This document shows positions 16,206-25,448 of a stretch of 40,542 nucleotides of DNA, one piece after another (the stretch's first letter is position 1; each line of letters starts with the position of its first letter). The DNA is from Candidatus Altimarinota bacterium. GTDB lineage: Bacteria; Patescibacteriota; Gracilibacteria; UBA4473. The DNA lies in the NCBI GenBank assembly GCA_020629095.1, contig JAHDDZ010000001.1, positions 1 to 40,542 on the forward strand. The letters run 5' to 3'. A program made the translations under genes and the position numbers. The notes below the pieces were generated by a model that searched no databases, was not told the DNA's origin, and saw nothing but the letters and a program-made list of their open reading frames with translations.

Positions 16206-17308
16206 GCTTTTTTGACTATGTGAATAACAACGGTTCCGCCGGTTCCCCCCACATTGTGTGCCAGACCTGTTTTGACTCGGTCTGTTTGGTTTCTGGCAAG
16301 GGTTATAAGCTGTCGCACGCCGGTTGCGCCAACCGGGTGCCCAAAAGCTTTTAACCCTCCCCATGGGTTTATAATTATTTCAGATTCTCTTTGTAGCATT
16401 GTCTCTAAAAGTGAATGCGCTTGCCCTCTTTTTGCTAGCCCGAGGTCCTCCACTGCAAGAGAAAGTGATATAGAAAAACAGTCATGCAAGCAGTATTGGT
16501 CAATATCAGAAATGCTTATTTCAGCCTGATTTAGGGCATTAGCGAGAACCATGCTTGTTGTCAAAATCTGTGTTAAATCTGCCCGATTTGAAAGCCCTGG
16601 AGGACCACTTTTGGTGGCACTGGCAGTGATTTGTGTGGAGGACTTTTTGGCACTCAGCACAAGGGCGGCGGCACCATCTGTGATGGGGGCTGCGTGTAGC
16701 AGTCGCATGGGGCTGCTCACCATCTGGCTTGATTCAATTTGTTTATTTGAGAAGTTTTTATGAAACTGCGCCAAAGTATTTTCAGTTGCCTGGCGGTGCA
16801 TCAGTTGCATTCCAGGGCTAAAAACTGTTGCATCGTGCCCATGCTTTTTCATATAGGCCTGTGCGATGAGGGCATAGAGACCACCAAAAGTGATGCCGGT
16901 TGAGCTCTCCGCCTCAGTTGTCGCTCCCATCAGCGCTTGGTTGACGGTTGCACTAGAGTGATCTGTCATTTTTTCTGTGCCGATGACAAGAGCATTTGTA
17001 GCAAATCCAGCAAAGACATCCTTCCATCCTAAATGCACAGCAATACCACCAGAAGCGCAAGCGGCCTCCGTTCTGATACAAGCTGCAGAAATGCCCAACT
17101 TTTCTGCAATAATAGCACCTAGGTGTCCTTGCTCATCAAGGGCAATTCCGAGCATATTTCCAACATAGAGCACATCAATATCAGCGGGACTAATACCACT
17201 TTCAGAGAGCGCTTCAGCTCCCGCGAACACCCCCAAGTCAACCGCGGAAAGGCCATCATGCCGCCCAAATTTTGTGCATCCAGTTCCGTTTATAAAGACA
17301 GAATTCAT
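16202..17308 (-). CDS. Archaeal-type acetyl-CoA acetyltransferase (thiolase)
   Basis: The start reads INGTGCTKFGRH. The catalytic Cys context is TEAACASGG. The C-terminus has HPVGATG and NVGGTGG. Length is 368 aa. Confidence 0.9.
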   Translation of the reverse strand: MNSVFINGTGCTKFGRHDGLSAVDLGVFAGAEALSESGISPADIDVLYVGNMLGIALDEQGHLGAIIAEKLGISAACIRTEAACASGGIAVHLGWKDVFAGFATNALVIGTEKMTDHSSATVNQALMGATTEAESSTGITFGGLYALIAQAYMKKHGHDATVFSPGMQLMHRQATENTLAQFHKNFSNKQIESSQMVSSPMRLLHAAPITDGAAALVLSAKKSSTQITASATKSGPPGLSNRADLTQILTTSMVLANALNQAEISISDIDQYCLHDCFSISLSLAVEDLGLAKRGQAHSLLETMLQRESEIIINPWGGLKAFGHPVGATGVRQLITLARNQTDRVKTGLAHNVGGTGGTVVIHIVKKA

Positions 17309-18306
17309 GAAAGTGGGCGGTTTATTTCATTATATGCTTGTGCGTCAAGCACCTGCATGGCGGCTATCTGTTCTCGAATAGGCATTGTTTTACACCCACT
17401 TTCAGCTTTTTTTGTGACCACAAATGCATCAGCCCCAGCCCCAGAGCCGTAACTGCAGCAAAGGATTTTGTCTCCAATTTTTGCTTCATCAAGGGCAGCG
17501 CAAAGCCCCAAAGGTATACAGGCTGCATAGGTATTTCCAATCAGCGGAACCAGCCACCCAGCAGCTAATTGTGCTCTTGTTATCACCATTTTTTGTGCTA
17601 CTTTGAGGGGGAGTTTTGCGTTTGGCTGGTGCAAGATTACATGCGCATAATCTGCTATTTTGCTTTGTGTTTCATTCAGCAATAACTGCAGTGCGCCGCA
17701 CACAACCTCTATGTAGGTCTCATTGCTATGCGCCCCAGCATGGATTGGATGATCTGCCTTGTTACTGCGCCAAAAGTCTAGTCTATGAACTGAATAGCTC
17801 TGCCAAGATTCTATGGTGGCAATAGGCGTTTTACCCACTAAAAAAGCGGCAGCACCTGCCCCAGCCGTGTAGTGCAGTGGGTCCCCAACTTTGCCAGTTG
17901 CACAGTCCGAGGCAACCGCAATTCCACTTTGGCTGCGGCCTGTCGCTACATGGCACAGGGCCATGTCGAGTGCGACGGTTCCGGCTTTGCAGGCAAATTC
18001 AACATCAGCCGTTTGGCAGTTTGTATCCATGCCAATTCCATCGACAATCATACTGCTAGTTGGGTTTACTGCATAGAGGGGCGTTTCGCTCCCGAAAAAA
18101 AGACATCCGGCTTTCTGTGTCGTTAGGCTACTTGCGGCTCGCAACCCAAGTGTCAAACTGTCAGTCGCCGTGCCTGGAATAGATTTTTGTGAAACACCCA
18201 GCCCAGCGTACAGCGTTTTTGGCTGCCCGGCTAACTCCGCAAGCAGTTCTTGTTGTGCACAAAAACCAGGAATCGCCACCCCATATTCTTGTATTCCAAT
18301 TGCCAT
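17305..18306 (-). CDS. Archaeal-type HMG-CoA synthase
   Basis: VEFACKAGT holds the catalytic Cys. LHQPN and IGNTYAAC are also present. Length is 333 aa. Confidence 0.88.
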   Translation of the reverse strand: MAIGIQEYGVAIPGFCAQQELLAELAGQPKTLYAGLGVSQKSIPGTATDSLTLGLRAASSLTTQKAGCLFFGSETPLYAVNPTSSMIVDGIGMDTNCQTADVEFACKAGTVALDMALCHVATGRSQSGIAVASDCATGKVGDPLHYTAGAGAAAFLVGKTPIATIESWQSYSVHRLDFWRSNKADHPIHAGAHSNETYIEVVCGALQLLLNETQSKIADYAHVILHQPNAKLPLKVAQKMVITRAQLAAGWLVPLIGNTYAACIPLGLCAALDEAKIGDKILCCSYGSGAGADAFVVTKKAESGCKTMPIREQIAAMQVLDAQAYNEINRPLS

Positions 18307-18833
18307 TACACCAAAAAGTGCACAAGCGTGTTGTCTGCTGTCAGCTGCGCTTTTGAAAAAGCAAATTCCCCCTCGTGTTTTGTTGCGCCAGATTCGGCCT
18401 GCACAGTCGGCATCAGCGCACCATCACCACAAATAAGTGCGACCGCAGGGCTAATTTTATCAATCAATTCATCCACTTTTTTGGCATCAAAATCCTTGCC
18501 TACCGCAATAATTGCCACCGCAATATTTTCTCCTACCTCCTCTAGCATCGCAGCATTTGGCACGGCGGTCAGTTGACCAAAGTGGCAAATGGTCCCATCA
18601 GCAGATGTGACCTTATAAATAGTATTTTTTTCACTCGAAGAAACGCCCTTTAGTAAAATATTCCCAATTTCAAATTCACCTGGAAGAAATATATTTCGCC
18701 CGCCTCCAGTAGTATTTTCAGCTCGGTCATGCCATGTTGTTAAAACAGAATCGCCAGTTGCAGCACTCATTCCGACAACTCCCTCTGTGCACGTCACAAC
18801 AAATCCGAAATCATCTTTTGCCATTATTTTCAT
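18306..18833 (-). CDS. MBL-fold (Lactamase_B_3-like) protein with degenerate metal-binding motifs
   Basis: MKIMAKDD...LPGEFEIGNILLKGVS..KNTIYKVTSADGTICHFGQL..LEEVGENIAVAIIAVGKD...ALICGD follows the layout of small MBL-fold hydrolases (PGEYE..G, N.iy.ie.dG..i.H.GDLG, PVGG, PMHY). The HxHxDH and later His/Asp positions are replaced. I chose the ATG at 18833; the track ORF starts at 18881 and would overlap the holA start. Confidence 0.4.
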   Translation of the reverse strand: MKIMAKDDFGFVVTCTEGVVGMSAATGDSVLTTWHDRAENTTGGGRNIFLPGEFEIGNILLKGVSSSEKNTIYKVTSADGTICHFGQLTAVPNAAMLEEVGENIAVAIIAVGKDFDAKKVDELIDKISPAVALICGDGALMPTVQAESGATKHEGEFAFSKAQLTADNTLVHFLV

Positions 18834-18857
18834 TGTGCTGTCTTTTATGTTGCCTAA

Positions 18858-18886
18858 ACTATAGTCGACCCTCCACCACATGGCAA
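18858..18886 (-). promoter_or_regulatory. Candidate promoter for the 12-gene isoprenoid operon
   Basis: On the minus strand: TTGCCA (18886->18881), a 17-nt spacer, then TATAGT (18863->18858). The -10 lies 24 nt upstream of the ATG at 18833. Confidence 0.4.
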
Positions 18887-19821
18887 CTAATGTACGAATT
18901 TTGACTGGTGACTGCCTTTTTCAAATAAAAGAGCGTATTGACGTTTTTCGTACTGCTTTTGCCAAAAAGTACCCAGAGGGAGATATTAGTGAAATATATG
19001 CAGGAGCGGACGCCGTTGACATGAAAAATGCACTTGCCACCGAAAGTCTTTTTAGCACAAAGCGGATTATCTTCTTTTTTGATTGCATTAATGCAGATAA
19101 CCTCGAGCAGCTTATTCCGCAAATAGAATTGTTGCATGGCAATGAGGACAAGACGCTTATAATCACTTTGCCGCGCCCAGATAAGCGAACAAAGACGTAT
19201 AAAACATTCATAAAAGGATCATTTTTTGTAGAGGATTTTCCACAACTAGATGGCATAAATCTATCGAGTTGGTGCGTGAAAAAAAGTGAAAAGCAGATGG
19301 ACACGGCCACAGCAAATGCGCTCATTGCGTATTGTGGAACAGATTTATGGAAGCTCTCGACTGAGATAGAAAAACTGGTTATGAGTGAAAAGATAATTAC
19401 AAAAGAGCTGATTCACGAAATGGCAATTCCGAGTCCATCAGCAGAAATTTGGGGCATGATGGAGGCGTTTAGCGCCCAAAACAAAGGGCGTGCTATGAGT
19501 GAATATGGGAAGCTGCGAGCTGCTGGGCACGAGCCGTTTTATGTCATGGCGATGCTGATGCGTGAGCTGCGGATTTTATTGCAACTGCAGACAGCAAAGG
19601 CGTTTCAGGTGCCGACAAAGAGTTTTGGAATAAACCGATTTGTAGCCAAAAAAACAAGCCCCCATGCGAGTAAATGGAACAGCGCGCGATTGCGAAAGGC
19701 GTTTGCGCGGCTGCAAGAAATTGATACGGGAATAAAAACAGGTGGACTGCAGATTCCAACAGGCGACGCCGCCGAGCTTGATTTAGCGCTTGAGACATTT
19801 ATGATCTCTGTATGTCAGTAG
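18880..19821 (+). CDS. holA: DNA polymerase III delta subunit
   Basis: Length is 313 aa. The N-terminal region has the delta-subunit layout (ESLFSTKRIIFF, then an LWKL.TEIEKL helical domain). This call rests on weaker motifs than the others. Confidence 0.75.
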   Translation: MATNVRILTGDCLFQIKERIDVFRTAFAKKYPEGDISEIYAGADAVDMKNALATESLFSTKRIIFFFDCINADNLEQLIPQIELLHGNEDKTLIITLPRPDKRTKTYKTFIKGSFFVEDFPQLDGINLSSWCVKKSEKQMDTATANALIAYCGTDLWKLSTEIEKLVMSEKIITKELIHEMAIPSPSAEIWGMMEAFSAQNKGRAMSEYGKLRAAGHEPFYVMAMLMRELRILLQLQTAKAFQVPTKSFGINRFVAKKTSPHASKWNSARLRKAFARLQEIDTGIKTGGLQIPTGDAAELDLALETFMISVCQ

Positions 19822-20567
19822 TTTTCTTTGCGCTCATTGGGGCATGTGTTGGCAGCTTTTTGACCGTGCTGTTGCCGCGCTTTCGGCACGACGAGCCGGG
19901 CATTGTCTTTGGTCGATCGCGTTGTGTTGAAACTGGCAGAACGCTGAAATGGCATGAGCTTATTCCGGTCTTTTCCTACTTGTTTTTGGGCGGAAAAATA
20001 AAAGATACATCAGGCAAAATTCCTCTATTCTATCCACTGACAGAGTTGGTAGGAGCTTTACTTTGGGGGCTGGCAGCATACCAGTTTGGCATTGGCTGGC
20101 ACTTGGCGCCAATTTTGTTTGCATTGACGGGGTTGCTTGCCATCGGAGCTTATGATGCGCGGTGGGGCCTGGTTGACCGCCGGCTATCGATTCCCCTCAT
20201 TATGTGCTTTATTGTGTGGGCATTTTTCAGGGAATTCTCTTGGCATTTATATCTTATATCGGGCGCGCTGGTTGGGGTTTTTTTCTGGTTGCAATATGCG
20301 TTCTCAAAGGGCCGATGGTGCGGCCAGGGCGATATTGATTTAGGGATAATGGCGGGACTTTGCGTTGTCGTTGACTGGTCTTTTTTACTACTTTTTTTTA
20401 GCTACATCCTTGGCAGTTTTACCTTGCTTGTGTGGTACGCACTGCACAAATCTCTCCCAAAAACAATTCCGATGGGCCCTTTTTTGGCCGCTTCTGCAGC
20501 TGCATTCTTACTGTGGGGCAGCGGGCTTGCTGATTGGTATTTTTCAATTATCATGCCCACTGCATGA
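19812..20567 (+). CDS. pilD: Type IV prepilin peptidase (A24 family)
   Basis: The N-terminal region reads CVGSFLTVLLPR...RSRCVETGRTLKWHELIPVFSY. Two catalytic Asp contexts are present (GAYDARWG and GQGDIDLG). The protein is polytopic. Confidence 0.85.
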   Translation: MSVVFFALIGACVGSFLTVLLPRFRHDEPGIVFGRSRCVETGRTLKWHELIPVFSYLFLGGKIKDTSGKIPLFYPLTELVGALLWGLAAYQFGIGWHLAPILFALTGLLAIGAYDARWGLVDRRLSIPLIMCFIVWAFFREFSWHLYLISGALVGVFFWLQYAFSKGRWCGQGDIDLGIMAGLCVVVDWSFLLLFFSYILGSFTLLVWYALHKSLPKTIPMGPFLAASAAAFLLWGSGLADWYFSIIMPTA

Positions 20568-20926
20568 TTCGTCATTTCATTTTAACACTCTTGGTTTTGC
20601 TCCTCAGTTTGGGGATACTCATGACTGCGCTGACGCAGCTTGACCCCATGGGAGAACAGGCGCTCATTGCTCATATCGCTTTTTTGATCGGCATTTTTGG
20701 CTCAGTTGCGTCTTTTTTTACATTCGTTTTCTTCTTTGCAAAAGAGCTTGTTGCAGGTTACACAGCCGGAACAAGAGCATTTGCAGCGTCACTTCGGCGT
20801 GGCGTTTTGGTTGGGCTTTTTGCGCTGGGGGCTGTTTTACTCCAATTGATGGGCCTCATTGGCCTGCTCGAATTGATATTGTGGGCGCTTTTTTTGTCGC
20901 TGGTTGAATACATCAGCAGCCAGTAA
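20564..20926 (+). CDS. Hypothetical 4-TM membrane protein
   Basis: The ATG at 20564 forms an ATGA overlap with the pilD stop. The sequence starts MIRHFILTLLVLLLSLGILMTAL... and has four hydrophobic segments. I recognise no motif. Confidence 0.5.
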   Translation: MIRHFILTLLVLLLSLGILMTALTQLDPMGEQALIAHIAFLIGIFGSVASFFTFVFFFAKELVAGYTAGTRAFAASLRRGVLVGLFALGAVLLQLMGLIGLLELILWALFLSLVEYISSQ

Positions 20927-20931
20927 ACAAC

Positions 20932-20959
20932 TTGCGAAAAGCGTTTTTTTATTTACAAT
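20932..20959 (+). promoter_or_regulatory. Candidate promoter for metG, in a leaderless configuration
   Basis: TTGCGA (20932-20937), a 16-nt spacer, then TACAAT (20954-20959). Six nt (tgggcc) follow before the ATG at 20966. Confidence 0.5.
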
Positions 20960-20965
20960 TGGGCC

Positions 20966-22396
20966 ATGGAGCACTATTTTACGACGCCGATTTACTATGT
21001 AAATGCTGCCCCGCACATCGGCACGGCCTATACGACCTTAGCGGCTGACACGTTGGCGCGGTACTGGCGCAAAAAGCTTGGACGAGAGTACGTACGGTTC
21101 ACAACTGGAACAGATGAAAACAGCCAAAAAACGCTTTCTGCAGCGGCTGCAAAAGGTCAGTCGGTTGAGGAGTATTTATCAGAAATGGCGGATGAGTTTG
21201 TGGACTGCTGGGGACAGCTAGGCATTGATTATGATGATTTTATCCGGACCACAGAGCCGCGCCACGAGTCCACTGTGCAGCGTTTGGTTACTCAGTTAAT
21301 GGAAAACGGTGATGTGTATTTGGGAGATTACGAGGGAATGTATTGCTCGCGGTGCGAGACATTTTTGAAGGAAAGTGAACTGAATGAAGCTGGTCAATGC
21401 CCAGACCACCTGATCGCTCCTGAGAAAATAAAGGAAAAGAACTACTTTTTTCGCCTCAGTAAATATCAAGATTGGCTGCTGGAGCTGCTTCAGGGGGGCT
21501 TTTTAAAACCAGAAAAGAGGGCAAATGAGCTCATTTCACTGATAAAAAATGAAGGACTGGATGACATTTCGATTAGCAGAGAAGGTGCGGAGATTGGCAT
21601 TGCGCACCCGAGCGACCCAAATCATAAGCTGTATGTGTGGACAGAGGCACTCATGAACTACTACACGTCGATTGACAGGCCGGAGTTGAATCACTTTTGG
21701 CATGGCGAGGTGACCCATTTGGTCGGAAAAGATATCACGCGGTTTCATTGTCTCATTTGGCCAGCGATGCTCCATTCGCTTGGTTTGCCTCTGCCAAAGC
21801 AGGTTTTTGCGCATGGTTTTTTTACCATCAACGGACAAAAAATGAGCAAAAGCCTGGGAAACGCAGTTGAACCCCGTGCGCTTGCGCAAAAATATGGGGC
21901 AGATGCGCTGCGAATTGCACTACTTTCGGCATTTGCGTTTGGTAATGACGGAGACTTTAGCGAAGATCACCTGGCGGAAGTGTATCGTACAAAGCTGGCG
22001 GGAGGCCTTGGAAACTTGGTTAATCGGGTTATTACCTTGATTGATAAATATTATAACGGAGATAAATCAACTTTGCCGGTTGCACCAGCTGTAATCCATG
22101 TTGAGGCCTTTGGAAAGCATATGGAGGCGCTGGAGCTATATCGGGCGTGCGAGGTGTTTTTTGATCTCATTGATCAGACCAATAAGCAGCTGGCAGATGC
22201 AGAGCCGTGGAAAGCTCCAGACAAGCAGGCGCCTGAGGTGCTTGCTCTTTTTGCTGGTCAACTGGCTACGCTAGAGGCTCTATCTGACATGGCCGAGGTA
22301 CTGTTGCCAGAGGCAGCAAAGCGCCTGAAGTTGATGCTTGGGAATGCCCAAAAAACAGGAGAACGCGTTATTTTGTTCCCACAAATAGAGGCATGA
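20966..22396 (+). CDS. metG: Methionine--tRNA ligase (short form)
   Basis: The HIGH-type motif reads PIYYVNAAPHIGTAYT. KMSKSLGN is present. The CSRCETF...CPDH zinc knuckle is present. Confidence 0.95.
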   Translation: MEHYFTTPIYYVNAAPHIGTAYTTLAADTLARYWRKKLGREYVRFTTGTDENSQKTLSAAAAKGQSVEEYLSEMADEFVDCWGQLGIDYDDFIRTTEPRHESTVQRLVTQLMENGDVYLGDYEGMYCSRCETFLKESELNEAGQCPDHLIAPEKIKEKNYFFRLSKYQDWLLELLQGGFLKPEKRANELISLIKNEGLDDISISREGAEIGIAHPSDPNHKLYVWTEALMNYYTSIDRPELNHFWHGEVTHLVGKDITRFHCLIWPAMLHSLGLPLPKQVFAHGFFTINGQKMSKSLGNAVEPRALAQKYGADALRIALLSAFAFGNDGDFSEDHLAEVYRTKLAGGLGNLVNRVITLIDKYYNGDKSTLPVAPAVIHVEAFGKHMEALELYRACEVFFDLIDQTNKQLADAEPWKAPDKQAPEVLALFAGQLATLEALSDMAEVLLPEAAKRLKLMLGNAQKTGERVILFPQIEA

Positions 22397-23616
22397 AATG
22401 GCTCTTTTGGCTCTCGCTTGGCACGCTCACACTTGGTATGCTTTTGCGTGTTCCAGTTGGCGGCGCAGGCATTTTGGCTATAGATATTCTCGGGGCAGCC
22501 ATGCTTTTTGTGTGGCTTATTCGCCTCCTGACCAGCACCACAAAAATGCCCTCTTTTCGGTTTTTGGCATTTGCGTGGTGCTTTGTGTTTTTTGCCTTGG
22601 GGTCGTTGGCGTGGGGCATGGCTGATTTGCCCTCCAGCTCACAACTGGCTGCTGGCGCAAAGTGGCTTCGATTGCCAACAGGAATCGCCTTTTTCTATGC
22701 CGCCTACGAGCTGTATTTTGACACTGCAAAAGATCATTTTTGGAATGCATTTTCAGCCATCGTGGCAGTTGTTTTAGGGATTGGGTTTTTACAGTTTTTT
22801 TTGTTTCCAGACATCGCTGTCCTCAGCGAGGCTGGCGGCTGGGACCCCCACACAGGGCGGCTTTTGGGACTGTGGCTTGACCCAAATTTTGTCGCGGGGT
22901 TTTGTGCTGTTTTCTTCCCCATTGTCGTTGCGCTTTTTTACACCGCGCAGGGCAAACGAAAAACACTTTTTGCGCTGCTGGCCGCGGTTGTTTTTGTGGC
23001 ACTCTTTTTGACATTTAGCCGTAGTGGCCTGCTGGCAGGCGTCATCGGAATTGGCATTTTTTATCTACTCTATGACCCCAAATGGATCCTTATCGGGATT
23101 GGGGTGATGGGCATCGGAATAGCCAGCAACGAGCGCGCGCAACAGCGATTAACCGAGTTTGCAGGTACGATAAAGACAATTGTGTTGCAAGACACAGACG
23201 AGATCGACCCAACGGCCAATTTACGAATCGAAAGCTGGAGCAAGTCGCTGGGGCTGTGGGAGGCGCGCCCGTGGGTCGGAATTGGCTACAACACCTATCG
23301 GGACTACGCCGTTGAGGCCGGCGTGGTTGAGGAGGGATTCTTTAGCGGAGGTGGCTCGGACAGCACGCATATCACGGTTTTAGTAACCACTGGCATCATC
23401 GGTTTTGTCCTCTTCTTGGCTTGGTGGGGTGCTCAGCTGCTGTGGCTGTTTCTCTCGTTTTTTCAATCAAAAAATGTTCTTTTCCTTGCGGGGGCCTGCT
23501 CTGTGGTGGCTTTGTTTATTCATGCAGTTTTCGTAAACTCTCTCTTTTTCCCGTTTTTGTTTTACCCACTCATGGCTATAATAGGAGTGATTTCTGCGCA
23601 CAAAACAGATGAATAG
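22393..23616 (+). CDS. O-antigen ligase/polymerase (Wzy_C) family membrane protein
   Basis: Its ATG forms an ATGA overlap with the metG stop. The protein is polytopic, with LFLTFSRSGLLAG and a periplasmic loop containing W..RPWVGIGYNTY. Confidence 0.75.
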   Translation: MKWLFWLSLGTLTLGMLLRVPVGGAGILAIDILGAAMLFVWLIRLLTSTTKMPSFRFLAFAWCFVFFALGSLAWGMADLPSSSQLAAGAKWLRLPTGIAFFYAAYELYFDTAKDHFWNAFSAIVAVVLGIGFLQFFLFPDIAVLSEAGGWDPHTGRLLGLWLDPNFVAGFCAVFFPIVVALFYTAQGKRKTLFALLAAVVFVALFLTFSRSGLLAGVIGIGIFYLLYDPKWILIGIGVMGIGIASNERAQQRLTEFAGTIKTIVLQDTDEIDPTANLRIESWSKSLGLWEARPWVGIGYNTYRDYAVEAGVVEEGFFSGGGSDSTHITVLVTTGIIGFVLFLAWWGAQLLWLFLSFFQSKNVLFLAGACSVVALFIHAVFVNSLFFPFLFYPLMAIIGVISAHKTDE

Positions 23617-25399
23617 CAATTGGAAAGGAGCCTCAATTATCATCGCCCTTGTGGTGTTCTTTCTTTTGTTTGCTGCGTTTTTTCAGGCATTTGTGCCCAA
23701 ATGGAAAGGCCAGATTTCGGCTTTTGCAGAGGCCGTGCAGACTGCTGATGGCGTTAATGAGCTCAAAATAGCACTACAAAAAGCAGATGATTTGCCGCCT
23801 GTGTACCCAATTGGGCAAGTCCGAAAAGCGGCCATGGCAGGGAGAGATGCGCTGACTGCGATTGATGCAATAGAGAGCGTGTCATTACAAGACGGTCCTC
23901 TATCTCGTATGCAGCTGCTGGGGTTACTCGACCAGGTTGATGTGCTGAAAAAAAGCGCAAAACGCGCACGAAGAGCAATTAGTAACGTTCCGCATATCTT
24001 TTTGACAGAAGAGCAAAAAAGCAAAAAAAGCACTGTGCTTGAGGTGCTTAAAATTGGAGAAAATGCAATAGACGAACTGGCACAAATGAAGGGCGCGGTG
24101 CTGGAGCATTTTGCTGAGGAGGCGCGCGTTTTAGTGCTCTTCCAAAATCAAAACGAAGTGCGGCCAACTGGTGGTTTTGTTGGCAGTATGCTGATAATTG
24201 ACTTTGAAGACACGCAGGTCACAGGGCGTTTTGTTGACGTATATGCGCTTGACCGCCAAGTCGAAGACACCCTAAAGCTGCCAGCGCCAGAGTGGTTTTT
24301 CCCCCTCAGCAAAGAGATCTCGCTGCGTGACGCAAACCTGACGCGCGACTTCCCAGATGCTGCACGGGTTTATCGATATTTCTTCTCAGGCATCGGTGAG
24401 GTGCCACCAGACACGGTTTTGGCGATTAATCTGAGTATCGTGTCAGAGGTCATGCAGCGCACTGGCAACATTCGCCTAGAAGAATGGGGCATGAATATGA
24501 CAGCCGAGAACTTTGATTTGCTGCTCAGCTTTTTAGTAGAAAGCAAGGCCGCTGGTCGATTTAGCGCAAAAGAGCCGGTGCTGGACGTAGCAAATGCATT
24601 GATGAAATCTATTTCTGAATATGATTTTAATGCCGCCGATTGGGCAGATTTTGATGCAAAAGCCTACATGAAAAATGGGAATGTCTTGCTCGACAGCCAG
24701 CTGAGCAAAACCGCGGCCCTCAGCGAGCAATGGAACACAGAGGGGGCGCTGAAGTGGGATGCCGATACGACAGACTTTTTTGGGGTTGATTTTGTATCAA
24801 TTGGGGCAAATAAGTCAGATCGGTTTGTGTGGTCTCGCATAGCTCACGACACGAATATAAGCCCGTCTGGAGTTGCAAAAAATACGATTACAATCCGCCG
24901 AACGCATGCTATCAGAGAGGGTGAATTGTCTTCACTTTTAGGAGTTGAAAACTGGCCACAAAACCTGCGCGGGCTGTTGGACCAGCAGACCAACTGGAAG
25001 CTCGGATTGGGTGAGAACAGGGCAGTTGTGCGGCTCTATGTGCCAGTTGAGGCGCAGTTCATTGCCGGAGAAAGTCCAACTGGGGCGATATTAAATAACT
25101 TGAGCGTAGACGGAAAGTTTCGGGTTTTCACGGTTCCGATGAATGTGAAACCCCAAGAGAGTGCGGTAGCGCAGCTTGAATACACAATCCCTCTAGACAA
25201 AGGCAGCAGCGCCTGGAGAGGGTATAGCCTGCAATTTGCACCGCCTTTGGGCGTGCAGCAGGCTACTTTTCTCAAATATATTTCAACGGCAAGCGAGGCG
25301 CAGAGCCTGCAGCAAACACAAAATGTCGGACTACCAGTGCCATTCTCGCCAATGATTTTTCGGGCAGTGGCCTCTTTTGAGGAAGAATTAAATAATTGA
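23609..25399 (+). CDS. DUF4012 domain membrane-anchored protein
   Basis: There is an N-terminal TM helix. The signature reads [18 protein letters not shown]. It overlaps the upstream gene by 8 nt. Confidence 0.7.
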   Translation: MNSNWKGASIIIALVVFFLLFAAFFQAFVPKWKGQISAFAEAVQTADGVNELKIALQKADDLPPVYPIGQVRKAAMAGRDALTAIDAIESVSLQDGPLSRMQLLGLLDQVDVLKKSAKRARRAISNVPHIFLTEEQKSKKSTVLEVLKIGENAIDELAQMKGAVLEHFAEEARVLVLFQNQNEVRPTGGFVGSMLIIDFEDTQVTGRFVDVYALDRQVEDTLKLPAPEWFFPLSKEISLRDANLTRDFPDAARVYRYFFSGIGEVPPDTVLAINLSIVSEVMQRTGNIRLEEWGMNMTAENFDLLLSFLVESKAAGRFSAKEPVLDVANALMKSISEYDFNAADWADFDAKAYMKNGNVLLDSQLSKTAALSEQWNTEGALKWDADTTDFFGVDFVSIGANKSDRFVWSRIAHDTNISPSGVAKNTITIRRTHAIREGELSSLLGVENWPQNLRGLLDQQTNWKLGLGENRAVVRLYVPVEAQFIAGESPTGAILNNLSVDGKFRVFTVPMNVKPQESAVAQLEYTIPLDKGSSAWRGYSLQFAPPLGVQQATFLKYISTASEAQSLQQTQNVGLPVPFSPMIFRAVASFEEELNN

Positions 25400-25423
25400 C
25401 ACGGGGGGCTTTGTGCGTAGAAT
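25396..25423 (+). promoter_or_regulatory. Candidate promoter for fusA
   Basis: TTGACA (25396-25401), a 16-nt spacer, then TAGAAT (25418-25423). The -10 lies 25 nt upstream of the ATG at 25449. Confidence 0.55.
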
Positions 25424-25448
25424 TGGCGCGAAATTATTTATCTATACT

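Noticed and set aside
16206-16364. N-terminal 53 aa of track ORF 15945..16364
   Set aside because: This part lies entirely inside the thiolase coding sequence in another frame and is Arg/Asn/Pro-rich with no fold signal. Only the portion after the ATG at 16205 is likely to be real.
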